A stretch of DNA of 64,000 nt from Basidiobolus meristosporus CBS 931.73 (taxonomy: Eukaryota; Fungi; Basidiobolomycota): assembly GCA_002104905.1 (NCBI GenBank), contig MCFE01000067.1, positions 124,001-188,000 on the forward strand. Direction: 5' to 3'. A model generated the notes under the pieces. That model made no database searches. It saw only the letters and a program-made list of their open reading frames with translations, and was not told the origin of the DNA. A program made the position numbers and the translations under genes. Positions 37,880 to 49,094 of the stretch are shown piece after piece (the stretch's first letter is position 1; each line of letters begins with the position of its first letter).

Positions 37880-38449
37880 TTACTTTTACCTATCCATACA
37901 CACTTCAATATCGTTATTCACACCCATATAGTACCAGTATACTATTGGGACAACACATAGTATATCACTAGCACAATATATTACCTGCTTGACGGTTGGG
38001 TCAGTAAAATTTCAAATGCCAGTTTAGCTCATAGAAGCCATGTAGCATAGTTGAATATTAAAAATAAAAGACTAATATGATTTCAGGTAAGATAAACGAC
38101 TTCGACCACATGCAGACTAATATCAGGTCAAACTTCTGTTTGATGATGAATTAGCACATACTGAAGTCGGATTCATGTACGGATCAAGACCGAAAATGCA
38201 GGTGTGCACATTATATCGTATTTAAAAAACGATATTTTTATTTTAATGGTGCCCTTATAAGGTGGGGTTTGAAAGAAGCAGGGATGGATGGCTATGGGAT
38301 GTAAGGATATGAGCATACTAATGGGCAATAGTGAGATAAAGCGATCTCAGACAGGATGAGTGCAGGATTGCTACTGCCAACTATAAGTAGACTGACGCTT
38401 GCTACCAGATCTTCACTTACTATCATTTCAAGCTATTTCACTACTCATC

Positions 38450-38824
38450 ATGAAGTTCATTCTTTCCTTGTTGGCTGTGTCCTGTGCAATCCTATCCACC
38501 ATGGGTGCCCCATTGCCACTCGATGCTATGGTGGATGTCCATACCGGACCCGCAAGCCCTTCTTTAGCCAGTCCACCATCAGGCACAGGTACTGGAGGAT
38601 GCGATGATATCCAAGCAAAGGTCAACGCACTTGGCCTTAACATCAAAGCAGTGGTGTGTCTGGGTGCCAAAGACTCATTGCCTGCTGAGGCGACTGCCCC
38701 ACCAGCCAACCCACCCGCAGGTTGCCCAGATGTGGATGCCAAGATCAGGGCGCTAGGACTCAACATCCGAGCAGTTGTCTGCCTTCGAGATGGGATCCAG
38801 GTGTTTGCCGATGTAACGAACTAA
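38450..38824 (+). CDS. Small secreted protein, array copy 6 (124 aa)
   Basis: Paralogue of copy 1. Confidence 0.85.
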   Translation: MKFILSLLAVSCAILSTMGAPLPLDAMVDVHTGPASPSLASPPSGTGTGGCDDIQAKVNALGLNIKAVVCLGAKDSLPAEATAPPANPPAGCPDVDAKIRALGLNIRAVVCLRDGIQVFADVTN

Positions 38825-39754
38825 TACTTGAACCATTGATCATTCATACTCATCATTGCTCAATAATATGGAATACCGTGACTAGAGGCAATACAACACC
38901 AGAATAAACATTGACATATCATCCAATAACAGCATAGTATAAATATAATAGATTATATTAGAATACTACAGTAGCAAGTAGCGGTTTGATAGATAAGGAT
39001 TTAGCGAATACTCAAGTACATACATTCGGCTTCTTCGCCGTGAATTGCCACGAAATATAAGCTATAATGGTCGCTTCTTTGCTCAATATAACGCAAGTCA
39101 TATTTAAGCCTCCTTCCCCAAGATTCGTAGCTGAAATATAGTACAAGAAATCTTTTGTATGTATCGTACTACTGTGAACAAATTTCTAATAGACGGGCTT
39201 TAGCTAGAGTAAACCGATTCTTAGTGGGCTGCTTTATTATGGTAAATGATACTTTGTTAATGGCTCCTCATCCTGGTCCTAAATCCAATTCTCGGTTATT
39301 TTAGTTGGACTATGAAGAAAAAGATCAAATTCCCTGCATTCAATACATGAAAATTTAGGAGGAAGAGAATAGAAGGTAAGATTGCTATACTATTATCGGT
39401 ATAAATCGAGGGTAAATATATATATATAGTGTATATAGGAGACTGAATTCACCATCATACATAGCACATTTACTGAAAATGATACATAGGTATATCAAAG
39501 CTGGAAATATGCAGATAGCCAGTAGGATCATCAAGACGATTTGATAGCAATAATACCCATAACCTTAAACAGTGAAAGGAGGCAGGAGTGAATACCTAAG
39601 AGATGTAAGGATCCGAATATATTGCTGGGTACTATAGAGAGGCTAAAATATTTCAAGCAGGATGCGTGCTGGGTAGGAAAACTGACTATAAGTAGTCTGC
39701 TAGTTTTCACAATGTGCCTAACGATCATCCTCTCATACAGCTACTCCATTCATC

Positions 39755-40114
39755 ATGCAGTTTATTCTATCTTTGTTGGTCGTGTCCTGTGCTATCTTGA
39801 CCACTATGGGCGCCCCACTACCACTTAATGCTGTGGTAGATATCCACACCGGAACGGCTGTACCCTCAGCTCCCACCGGTGCTCAAGGATGTAGTGATAT
39901 CCAAGCAAAGGTCAACGCACTTGGCCTTAACATCAAAGCAGTGGTGTGTCTTGGAGCCAAAGACCCATTGCCTGCTGAGGTAACTGCCCCACCAGCCAAC
40001 CCACCTCCAGGTTGCCCAGATGTGGATGCAGAGGTCAGGGCACTAGGACTCAACATCCGAGCAGTCGCTTGCCTTCGAGATGGGATTCATGTGTTTGCCG
40101 ATATAACGAACTAA
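39755..40114 (+). CDS. Small secreted protein, array copy 7 (119 aa, most divergent intact copy)
   Basis: Signal peptide and both Cys-bracketed repeats retained. Confidence 0.82.
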   Translation: MQFILSLLVVSCAILTTMGAPLPLNAVVDIHTGTAVPSAPTGAQGCSDIQAKVNALGLNIKAVVCLGAKDPLPAEVTAPPANPPPGCPDVDAEVRALGLNIRAVACLRDGIHVFADITN

Positions 40115-40514
40115 TATCTAGGTCATTAATTATTTTTATGGGATTATATACATGCGTCTAATACCTTAATACCAATAAATACGTATGTCACGCCAATTAT
40201 CTTTAGTCACAATTTCCAGAATATGGTAGCAATGTAAGTAAGATGGCAAGGGACTGATACTGTATTGTGATTTCGGAATATAATTTTTGCCGCACTTTTT
40301 GGAAAGTTGGCCCATAAATAATGAATTTGTACACATTACAATGATGATACTACTCCCAATAGTTGGAAACTAACTCTCTTTAATCTCACTATTCGAGAAT
40401 TTTGGTTGGGACTGCAGCAGAGGAAGTGGGTGTATACATATAGATGTACAATATTCTGATCAGCATCAAGCAGCCTAGAATGCTGTGAATTTTCAAACTA
40501 ATTCATTAATCATC

Positions 40515-40892
40515 ATGAAGCTCATTTTATCCTTGTTGACTGTATCTTGTGCTATATTGACCACCATGGATGCTCCATTGCTACTCAATGACATGATGGA
40601 TATTACACGAGGGCCATAAGTCCCTCTTCTCTAGCCAACCTACCATCAAGCATAGATGCTGAAAGATGCGATGATATCTAAACGCAGGCCAACAAACTTA
40701 GTCTAGGTATCAAAGCAGTTGTGTATTTGAATGCCAAAAGACCCAATACCAGCTGAGGCGACTACCCCACCAGCTAACTTACCCCCAGGTTGCCCAGATG
40801 TGAATGCCAAGGCCAGGGCATTATGACACAACATCCGAGCAGTTGCCTGCCTTCGAGATGGGATTCAAGTGTTTACTGATGTAACGAACTAA
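40515..40892 (+). pseudogene. Pseudogenised copy 8 of the small secreted protein
   Basis: ATGAAGCTCATTTTATCC... start and ...GTAACGAACTAA end align to intact copies; frameshift near 40605 and several stops. Confidence 0.85.
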
Positions 40893-43141
40893 TACTTAGA
40901 CCACGGATCATTTATACCTATCATTGCTCAATAATATGAAATAGCGTGCTTAGAGAAAGCTATTGCCATAATAAATGATCCATTGTCATATCGTCTAAAT
41001 ACAATCTCGCTTGGTTATGCTGTAAAGGTACCTCTCAAATGTAAAGCAGGGTAGTTCAGCACTTACAAATTGATATCCAGACAATCAAGCATGAATGAGT
41101 TGCTCATCATGTCAATAATATATTCTGTGTTGATGTTGTGGTGGCACAAAACTATTTCTTGTGCAGCATGAAGCAACATGATCAGCCAGTTTGAAGAAAG
41201 TGCTTCAGTGACCACTGTATTGTGTTGCATCTTGATATATGTATCAATTCCATCACAGTATTAGTGCGCCTGAGGTAACAGTCTGGCAGCGCAAGAGTTG
41301 GAATTATGGATGTTGCTGGAGCTATTTGGAACCTTGAAGTGCGTCAGGGCCACAGAATAGTATATGGCTTTATTCTTAGTAATGCTGCTAGGAATTGTAC
41401 CTATAATGATATGACAAAGATCAGCTTAAAGTCTGAAGCTTGGCATCTGAATAACTCGTATTGCTGATGCACAAGTACAAATTCATAGCTAAGTAGGTAA
41501 CTGTAGCAGCCAAGGTGTACAGAAAGCAAGCAAACATATAGCTCATGTATAGCGGAGATGAGAAATGGGAGGCCATATAAAGTAGATTCTAAGTCAATAA
41601 TCTCTGGCGCAGCCTTTGAATTGATCTGTCCTCCAAACAGGTCTCCTACAATGGGCATATACCTTAGAGTAATAGATCCTTGGCTAGAACTATAGTTAGT
41701 GGTCAAAGCCTGCAGCAAGCTCAATTCTAGTGAGCAAGCTACTTTGATGAGTCTCATGAATCATTAGTCAATAGATATCAAAAGTTAAATATGATCAACC
41801 TGAGCCTGTCATATGGTATAGGTAGGTTCGCTAAAGTTTTTGCCAAATGGAAATACGTGCTTTTACCAAGTAATAGACAGTAGATGTATTTGAGGAAGGA
41901 TTTAATCTACATGCTCAACATTGACTAAATGAACCAGAATAGCTTCGCAATATTACCAAATACCAACCAAAAATCAGGTAGGTGGTCTGTAAAACAGTTA
42001 CCAAGCAAGGCAACCAATAAGGAGTGCTTTTAGGAAGAAAAGCCATGGGATTTAGGCGGTGGTTACTCTGGAGCGGAGTTCTATTCCACTCACCAAGTTG
42101 GATAAACATTTGGATCTCTCGGGTAGCAGAGATGTATCTGGTTCACTAGTGCAGGAAAAATGATCTTTGAAAGGCTTTTCAGATGGACTCATTTCCTAAC
42201 TGGATAACCAATCTCATAGCCTGATCTATATCTCCGATCACTATTTTGTTTGTGGCTCACCAATCCTGACCAGGCTGCCCAATTAAGCTATTAAGGCTTC
42301 GCCCAAAATAGCATATTTTCTCAGCGTAGATTGCAGCTAGCTGGTTCAAAGTCTCTTCCACTGATGGCAACTCCACTAGTCTATATTTTAAGCCCCATAA
42401 CAACGCAGATATACTATTATGTAATCCACCAAAAATGACAAATCACAACATACTATTCAAGGGAGCATCAGTTTATCCATATGTTATACTTTAACATCAT
42501 CGAAGTCATGTTTCAATTTGTCGCTCCTTATGGCACTGCTTAATCCATTATCCGACACATATGCGGCAAATAGTCTTTGAATGGATTGGTACTAGAGCCA
42601 TAGAATGTCGGTATTGTTCAACCTTATGGGAAAAGTAAGCCTGGTTTCAACCTTCTTAAAGCCACCTTTCTATTATCTTAGTCCAGCAGGATTTACATTT
42701 CGGAGGATATTCGGAGATTTCAGGTAAGTAATGTCCGCCAAGGTATGGGTACTTTTTGTTTATATTCAAGAGTCATGAGCATTAATTTCCTGTTCTGCAA
42801 CACACTCGACTCTCAATTTTTATCATATGAACAAACCCTAGTAAACAAATAGGTTTATCCGAATCCAATATTTTAAGCCACTGAACTCCTTCCAAGCCTA
42901 ATTCTATTAGGAGGCCATTTACCGGGATGGTTTCTCCAAACTAAAAGCTAAGCCAAATTAGGCAATCATCATCGGAAATATACCAAGGTAATCGGCATCA
43001 CAACTATACTCCACAATCGGTGGACAAGATCCTCCAGAAGAACATCATCAACATATTCCAGAATCAAGTAAACATTAGATTTATTGACAAACGCATTCTA
43101 CAAATGTACTGAGCAATCACTCTTATATGCAAGGTGGGCTT

Positions 43142-44554
43142 CTATGCCTGTGCAATGGATTCGGGTTTGACCTTAGGATCCTCCTCATCTTCGTTACAGG
43201 TCTCCTTGACATTTCTAGCAAGAATCAACGTGAATGGGAAACTGATCACCAAGAGACTCCAAGCAACAATGAATTCAGCAATGTAAGGGGCTTTCACTGC
43301 GTCGATTCTCCAAGCAATAGCAGCACCAGCAGACTGGATACCCTTGTAGTAGCCGCTGTAACGACCCAGCTGACTGGAATCATTGGTCATAGTACCCATA
43401 ATCCAATAGGCATAAGATTGAGTAGCTGCATCAAGTAACCCGTAGCAACAGTAAAGGAACCACCGGGGCCAGAAAAATGAGCGGTCACGAATGAAGTCGT
43501 ATTTTTGGTACATGCCATCATGGTGTAAAGAGTAGCGGCTGTATTGGGCTTGCATACCCAAACCGCCACCCCAAATAATCATGATACAGGCCCAAACACC
43601 ACATAAGCCATAGATGGCTCTAGTACGACGGCTAAGGCCCTTGTAATCAAGGAAGGAACCAATGATCATGGCACCAATCATCTGGAAGAACCAATAAAAG
43701 GCATTATTGAATGAGTTGGAACGATTGTCAAACAATGCAGAATTGACATCGTTAAACTGATAAGTGTAAAACCAATTGGAGGCGATGGAAACTGGAGTCA
43801 AGAGAAGCATGTTCTTATCCATGAAGAGGAGCAAGATTGCCTTGGCCTCTGTGAAGGCATTCTGAAACTTTTCCACTTGCACACGAGAGCCATCATTACG
43901 AACGATTTTTTCAGGCGGCAGGAGTAATATGCCCATAGCAGCACCGCAGCACATAATGCACAGGAAGGCAACATATGTAGAGTAACTAGCACCACCTCCA
44001 GTGTTATGGTAGTCAAGGCCAAAAGGAATCCAGGCGCCCATAACGCCTCCCATATTGAAGATGACCCAGAAGACAGCCACACATTTTCCTTTGTCTGCTT
44101 CATTCGGATAGGACATCATGATAACACCTTGCGCAGTCCAAAGAATACCTGCTCCAATGCCAAGAATAGCCGAGGTGGTGATGACGAATGCTTCAGCGTT
44201 TGGAGTATTGTAAATCACGCCGTCGATTTTATAAGCAGTTTTCCGAACATACAGCAGAGAGCCAGTATAAAGAGCATAGGTGACTCCACCACCCAATAGA
44301 CAACTACGGATACCAAAATAATTGTAGAAAGCGCCACCAAAGACACCAAAGACGGCAAAGGTACAGTAAAGAGCCACGTTTCCATTGGTTGCGGTATTAC
44401 CTGCTTGCTGACCACCGGCACCCATACCGTTGATACAGTTGAACATGCCAGGGCAACAGAAGCAGACAAAACCAATCAGAACCACTTGGGTCATAGGACT
44501 ATTGTAGCGAAATTTGCCAATTCGGATCTTTGACAGATCGTAATTAAGCGCCAT
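43142..44554 (-). CDS. UNC93-like MFS membrane protein (470 aa, intronless)
   Basis: YNSPMTQVVLIGFVCFCCPGMFN..GMGAGG; LWTAQG.IMMSYP.E..KG; ASNWFYTYQFN; 11-12 hydrophobic segments. Confidence 0.85.
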   Translation of the reverse strand: MALNYDLSKIRIGKFRYNSPMTQVVLIGFVCFCCPGMFNCINGMGAGGQQAGNTATNGNVALYCTFAVFGVFGGAFYNYFGIRSCLLGGGVTYALYTGSLLYVRKTAYKIDGVIYNTPNAEAFVITTSAILGIGAGILWTAQGVIMMSYPNEADKGKCVAVFWVIFNMGGVMGAWIPFGLDYHNTGGGASYSTYVAFLCIMCCGAAMGILLLPPEKIVRNDGSRVQVEKFQNAFTEAKAILLLFMDKNMLLLTPVSIASNWFYTYQFNDVNSALFDNRSNSFNNAFYWFFQMIGAMIIGSFLDYKGLSRRTRAIYGLCGVWACIMIIWGGGLGMQAQYSRYSLHHDGMYQKYDFIRDRSFFWPRWFLYCCYGLLDAATQSYAYWIMGTMTNDSSQLGRYSGYYKGIQSAGAAIAWRIDAVKAPYIAEFIVAWSLLVISFPFTLILARNVKETCNEDEEDPKVKPESIAQA

Positions 44555-45577
44555 GGTAATTTGCGAGTTGGATGAAATGATAATGTGATGGGGCTATAAC
44601 ATACAAAATGCTCCTATTTATACTCATCTGTTGAGACTAGCTTCTGGCTTTTGTGGCGATGGCTGATGACTGATGGCTTTTTCCCACCAGAACTAGACGT
44701 ACAGCTTTTCCAAAAAGGACTAGACGTACATATCCCCGCGCTCCATTCCCAAATCTATCTGAAATTCCCAGATCTGGGGTTGAATGTGTATTTTTGGCAT
44801 TTCCCGTGTGAGATTATCTGGGAGTGCTGCTTCAAGAAATTTCTTCCCGTTTTGGCTTAAAGTAAGATTCTTCCTTTGATGCTGTTAAGTAAGCCACTTC
44901 GGGCCTGGCCATTTTAAGCTAATTTTCAAATCCCGCAAATCAAAACTACCAGCAAACTAAAGTCGTTTCTATCATGATGTTGATTTCATTTGCATGAACC
45001 CTAAATATAAAGAAAGTGCAAATCATGATGCCAATACTGCTATGCATTATTTCGTGCTTTTCAAGAAATCTGCGTCAAGTCCATGATTTAAATCATGCAT
45101 ATTTTGTACTACTAAAGGTATATTTGTAACAATCATACAGACTGCTAATAATCATCTCAACACATGCTAGTAAGTATATAGTGAGTTTATTGTTAGCTTG
45201 AAGCTCAGTATTTTATAAGAACCTAGTTTTACTTAACTGCCAAAATGGACTTTTGCATGTTGGCACATTGAGTTGATATTAACATCATTCAGTGAACATT
45301 GTACAAGAAGTGGTACAAATGTCTTGAGAAAGGTTCGTACTATCATAAGTAGAAGCTGGCTCTTTTGGACATGCTTGAAGTATCAGATAACATTATATAT
45401 TCCAATCTAATGTGCAATAGAATACTAGTCATAAATATATGAATAATGAAATGTAGCGCAAAATAGCCTCAAAGGTTTTCCTATTTGAAGAAAATAACAT
45501 ATAGATTTGGGAGTGTTTGCAAGTACTTGCCTACCATCAGATGTTGCAATGGCCATATTGCAAATACTCAGCGGAAA

Positions 45578-45913
45578 TGTTGTAAGAGTTTTGGCAGTGT
45601 TAGAAGTGACTGAGAGAACAAGTCGGTTATGTGGTTTTCACTTAATGATTTCTTCAATGTCATAGTGGTATCTATACTCTCACATGATCTTGACCAAAAA
45701 ACACAGTATATGCTTAAAAAGGTCCCAAGAACATGTGTGCAAGGTTTGGGACTGTTTGGACAGCTTTGAGAAATTTCATGTTCTTGGTACCTGATGTTTT
45801 GGTGAAAATGTTCTTAGTAAATCCCAACAAGGAATTTTGTTAGAATTCTCTAGACTATTATCTAACTGACTAAGCTAGGTGAGCGTTAAGGTGCAATCAT
45901 GAAACTTACAACA
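45578..45913 (-). repeat. Solo copia LTR of the same family as 3394-3725
   Basis: TGTTGTAAGAG...CTTACAACA; colinear similarity throughout. Confidence 0.8.
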
Positions 45914-46785
45914 AGAAGTTGCTAACTGTTACATTAGCCAACAATTGCAACCTGCAGCAAGTAAGCTCCTAATCAGAATGGATACTCTTTGAAAGATACT
46001 CAGGCATTCAGGGTATATGTTAAGTACTAGAAGTAACCAGAATACCACAAGGCTCCATTCCTAGGTAGAAACTAATAACTATGAGTATCTTTACCTCAGT
46101 ATTGATAAAATAGCAGCTGCTAGGATGATTGCAATATTCACATTGTTGATTTCAAATGTCACTTGCCATGTCTGTATTTGCATTTCTGATTGCAATCTGG
46201 TAGCATTAACATTTCACAAATTGCACTACAAAATGACTATGCTGTGTGTGCTGCTCCAAAAGTCCAAGTATAAGCTATAAAATGCACACAGTCAATACAA
46301 ACAAATCCAATCAGCACAAGAATGCAACTTGCATCATCTGTGCAAATTTAAATGGACAGTGCTATAGTCCATATGAGAAATCTCAAAGCTGGAATATGTT
46401 GGATCTTTAGCTGGAATTCTAGCAATATTCTGATGGTATTTTGCTGCTATTCTGCCAGTGTTTCTGCATCAAATTTTGAAATGCAATTTTTGGTGAAAGT
46501 AATGAGCAGCTGATTACCAAATTTTGTAGGAATGCTGCTCAGTCTAGTCTCACTTGGAAAAGATGTCTGCTTGTCTGCTGTAAAGCTAGTACCTGAGATG
46601 CTGAAAGTTGTCACCATTGGATAATGTGGAGTTCAGCTGTTATAGAAATATTATTATGCAGGCCAATTCCAACTTTTTTACTTCAGAAGTACTGGTGTGT
46701 TGAGCTTGCACTGCTCTCCTATTCATATTATTGAAAGTAGAGTAATACAATCTGCTATATTTTCTGTACTACTGGAAGTAGGTGG

Positions 46786-47132
46786 TCTTATAAGAGCTTT
46801 GGAGATATTGGAAGTGATTGAGTAAATAATTGGATTATGTGGTATTGATCCAATGCTTGAATGAGTACAAGATAGTATCTATACTTGTATATGGTAGTAG
46901 CCAGAAAAAGAAAACCTATTATGCTTATCAAGGTCCCAAGTGCATATGTCCAAAGCTTGGGTTGTTTAGATCATTGATCAAAATTTCATGTTGTGCGTAC
47001 ATGCTGCTTGAGTGAAAATATTCAGAGTAAGTCTCAGCAAGGAATTAGGAACAAGTTCTTAAAGACTTGTGGACTATGCTCAAGGAGATTAAGCTGGATA
47101 AATGTTGAGTTGTAGTTACTAAATTTGCAACA
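46786..47132 (-). repeat. Degenerate solo copia LTR
   Basis: GGAGATATTGGAAGTGATTG...AAGGTCCCAAG...GTGAAAATATTC...GCAACA; more diverged than the other copies. Confidence 0.6.
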
Positions 47133-47761
47133 TATAGTGCATTTGTTCTCATAAATAGTGCAGGTTCCTTCTGGTAGTGTTGCCCTTGCTAACACACTTT
47201 AAAAATAGTGACACCTTCCCACAAATGCTATAGCACAATAGTAATATCACCAGAATACTGTAGTGCTTGCCACTAAGGATACTAACAGAGAAACAGGGCT
47301 CAGCTCTTGGGGGTAGAAGACACAAAGCACTGCGTTATTATTCTCATCCTCTATCAGTTTATACTGCACACTATATTTTCAAGACATACAGGTGTTAATG
47401 CTACCTGACCTAATATGAGAATGACTAATGGTTAGTTCAGTGGTAGGTCTCAAATAATGATGGTTTAAGAATGTTGATGACCTAACCATTACAAGTGTTA
47501 TTGTTGGGGCCTGAGATCCAGTTAGCATTAACAACAAGTCTAGTACCCTCCATTGCACTACCTTGCTAAGCCTGGACCAATGGTAAAGAATACTTAAAAG
47601 GCCTGAGGTGGGAGAAGAAAGGCAGAGTGAGTTATTGGTATTAATTTCCAGACATAGCTTGGACCCTATCTTCACCCAACCCCCCTAACTCCCTTTGAAA
47701 AAATCACTCTTAATATCCTTTCTCTATTTGGGCAAAAAGTTAAAACACAAGAGAGAGATAA

Positions 47762-47824
47762 GGACATTAGCCTAATGGATAAGGCATCAGACTTTGGATT
47801 GTGGGTTTGAGTCCCATGCGCCTC
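47762..47824 (+). pseudogene. tRNA-Arg-derived relic (possible pseudogene or SINE head)
   Basis: GCCTAATGGATAAGGC D-arm, GACTTTGGAT anticodon remnant and GTGGGTTTGAGTCCCA T-arm; acceptor stem broken and variable region deleted. Confidence 0.55.
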
Positions 47825-49094
47825 AATTGTGCATCTCGAGTATATTTTGGGCGAAAACATACCTAGCCTGACTATTGGGAAAATCTTCTTTGCCGATTTG
47901 CATCATGCCTGAAAAACAAACGATAGAGACATAACCTCCACTAAGTATGAGCCAAGTTGTATTGATAAAGCTACCTTCTACTGCCATACTTGTCACATGT
48001 ATGCTCACACTGATCTACCCACCACGTGTTAGCAGACTGTGTAGATATTACTCTTGCTCCATAAATGAATGCTATGCACTGGATCAATACCTTTAACAAC
48101 AGTGCCTCATGGCGGATCCATCAGGTTGATCGATCTCACGATTGACAGTTTCGGGGACACATGATGGATATGATTTAAAATGGTCGGAAATCTGGTGTCA
48201 TGGAATGGTCTAAACTGTGCCCGCATTTGTAGTACCAATATTAAGGCGCTACTGTGTACATTGATACACAGAAGGTATATTTGCCAGTATGGTTGAGCAA
48301 GGATGGAGGAAATTCCAATGTTTAGTAGAATCAACGAGATTATATTTACCGCGAAAAACACTCTCTTATCACGATGCAAGTTTGGTTGCACAGATTCCCC
48401 AGCTTTCTTTGCTTAGTTTGCATGGTGTGATGAATGGGAGTGGCAGATTGCCTTTGACTTGTAAGACCAGGGAAATAAATGATTACGCAACCAAATTTTA
48501 GCTAGAGCATCAATAAACCCTGACAACAAACCTGTATGCTCACTGTAAACCCTGACAGCAAACTTGTATGCTCACTGTAACTGGCTGCCTTTTGTCCCAC
48601 CTTACTGCATTCAGATTCTAACACGATCTAGATGAATCTATTTTGAATGCAACCGGTTTTTCCAGCGTAGCATTTGATTTGGTAATCCGTGCTCTTTACG
48701 GAGCTTAGAGCAGTATCTGGTATCAATCTAAGTAATAAAGCGGAATACAGAGAATATAATAGAGTTCTACTCCTTTGAACTTGCTTATGTGAGTGGAATT
48801 CTGAAGCGATTAATTCCATCCACTCTATTCTTCTTCGGGCAAGGCTTGTGCCACATGTTCATTGGCGACTCGCATCGGTGTTGACCTATGTAGTGCTATC
48901 GTTACGCTACCCAAATAAAATATCACCTCCCATAAACTTCCAATAGGCGCATTATGTTCACAGGCTGCTGTCAGGTACGATGAAGGACGAATTGTCATAC
49001 TTTCCTCTTCGATCATCACCTAACGCCATCCGCTATATAACATCTGATATTTCCTTGATACTCTCTCAGGTTTCTTGGGTAACCGGCCTTCATC

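Noticed and set aside
32280-38907. Overlapping alternative ORFs in the array (MLSPSALILAS..., MSAGLPMPT..., MPRCGCQDQG...) and TTG-extended starts
   Set aside because: They recur only because the DNA is duplicated; the signal peptide begins at MKFILS, and a TATA-like box lies inside or next to the extensions.
31197-40114. Idea that the tRNA-Pro(CGG) copies supply codons for the Pro-rich array proteins
   Set aside because: The genes use mostly CCA, CCC and CCT; I found CCG only twice in copy 2 and once in copy 5.
41401-42500. ORF 41401-41757 and nearby short ORFs as genes
   Set aside because: No recognisable motifs, codon bias or splice structure; possibly decayed sequence.
45578-47132. Two same-orientation LTRs as one internally deleted element (TRIM/LARD)
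   Set aside because: The LTRs are strongly diverged from each other, no PBS or PPT is visible, and flanks of the first (GGAAA/AGAAG) are not a clean TSD.
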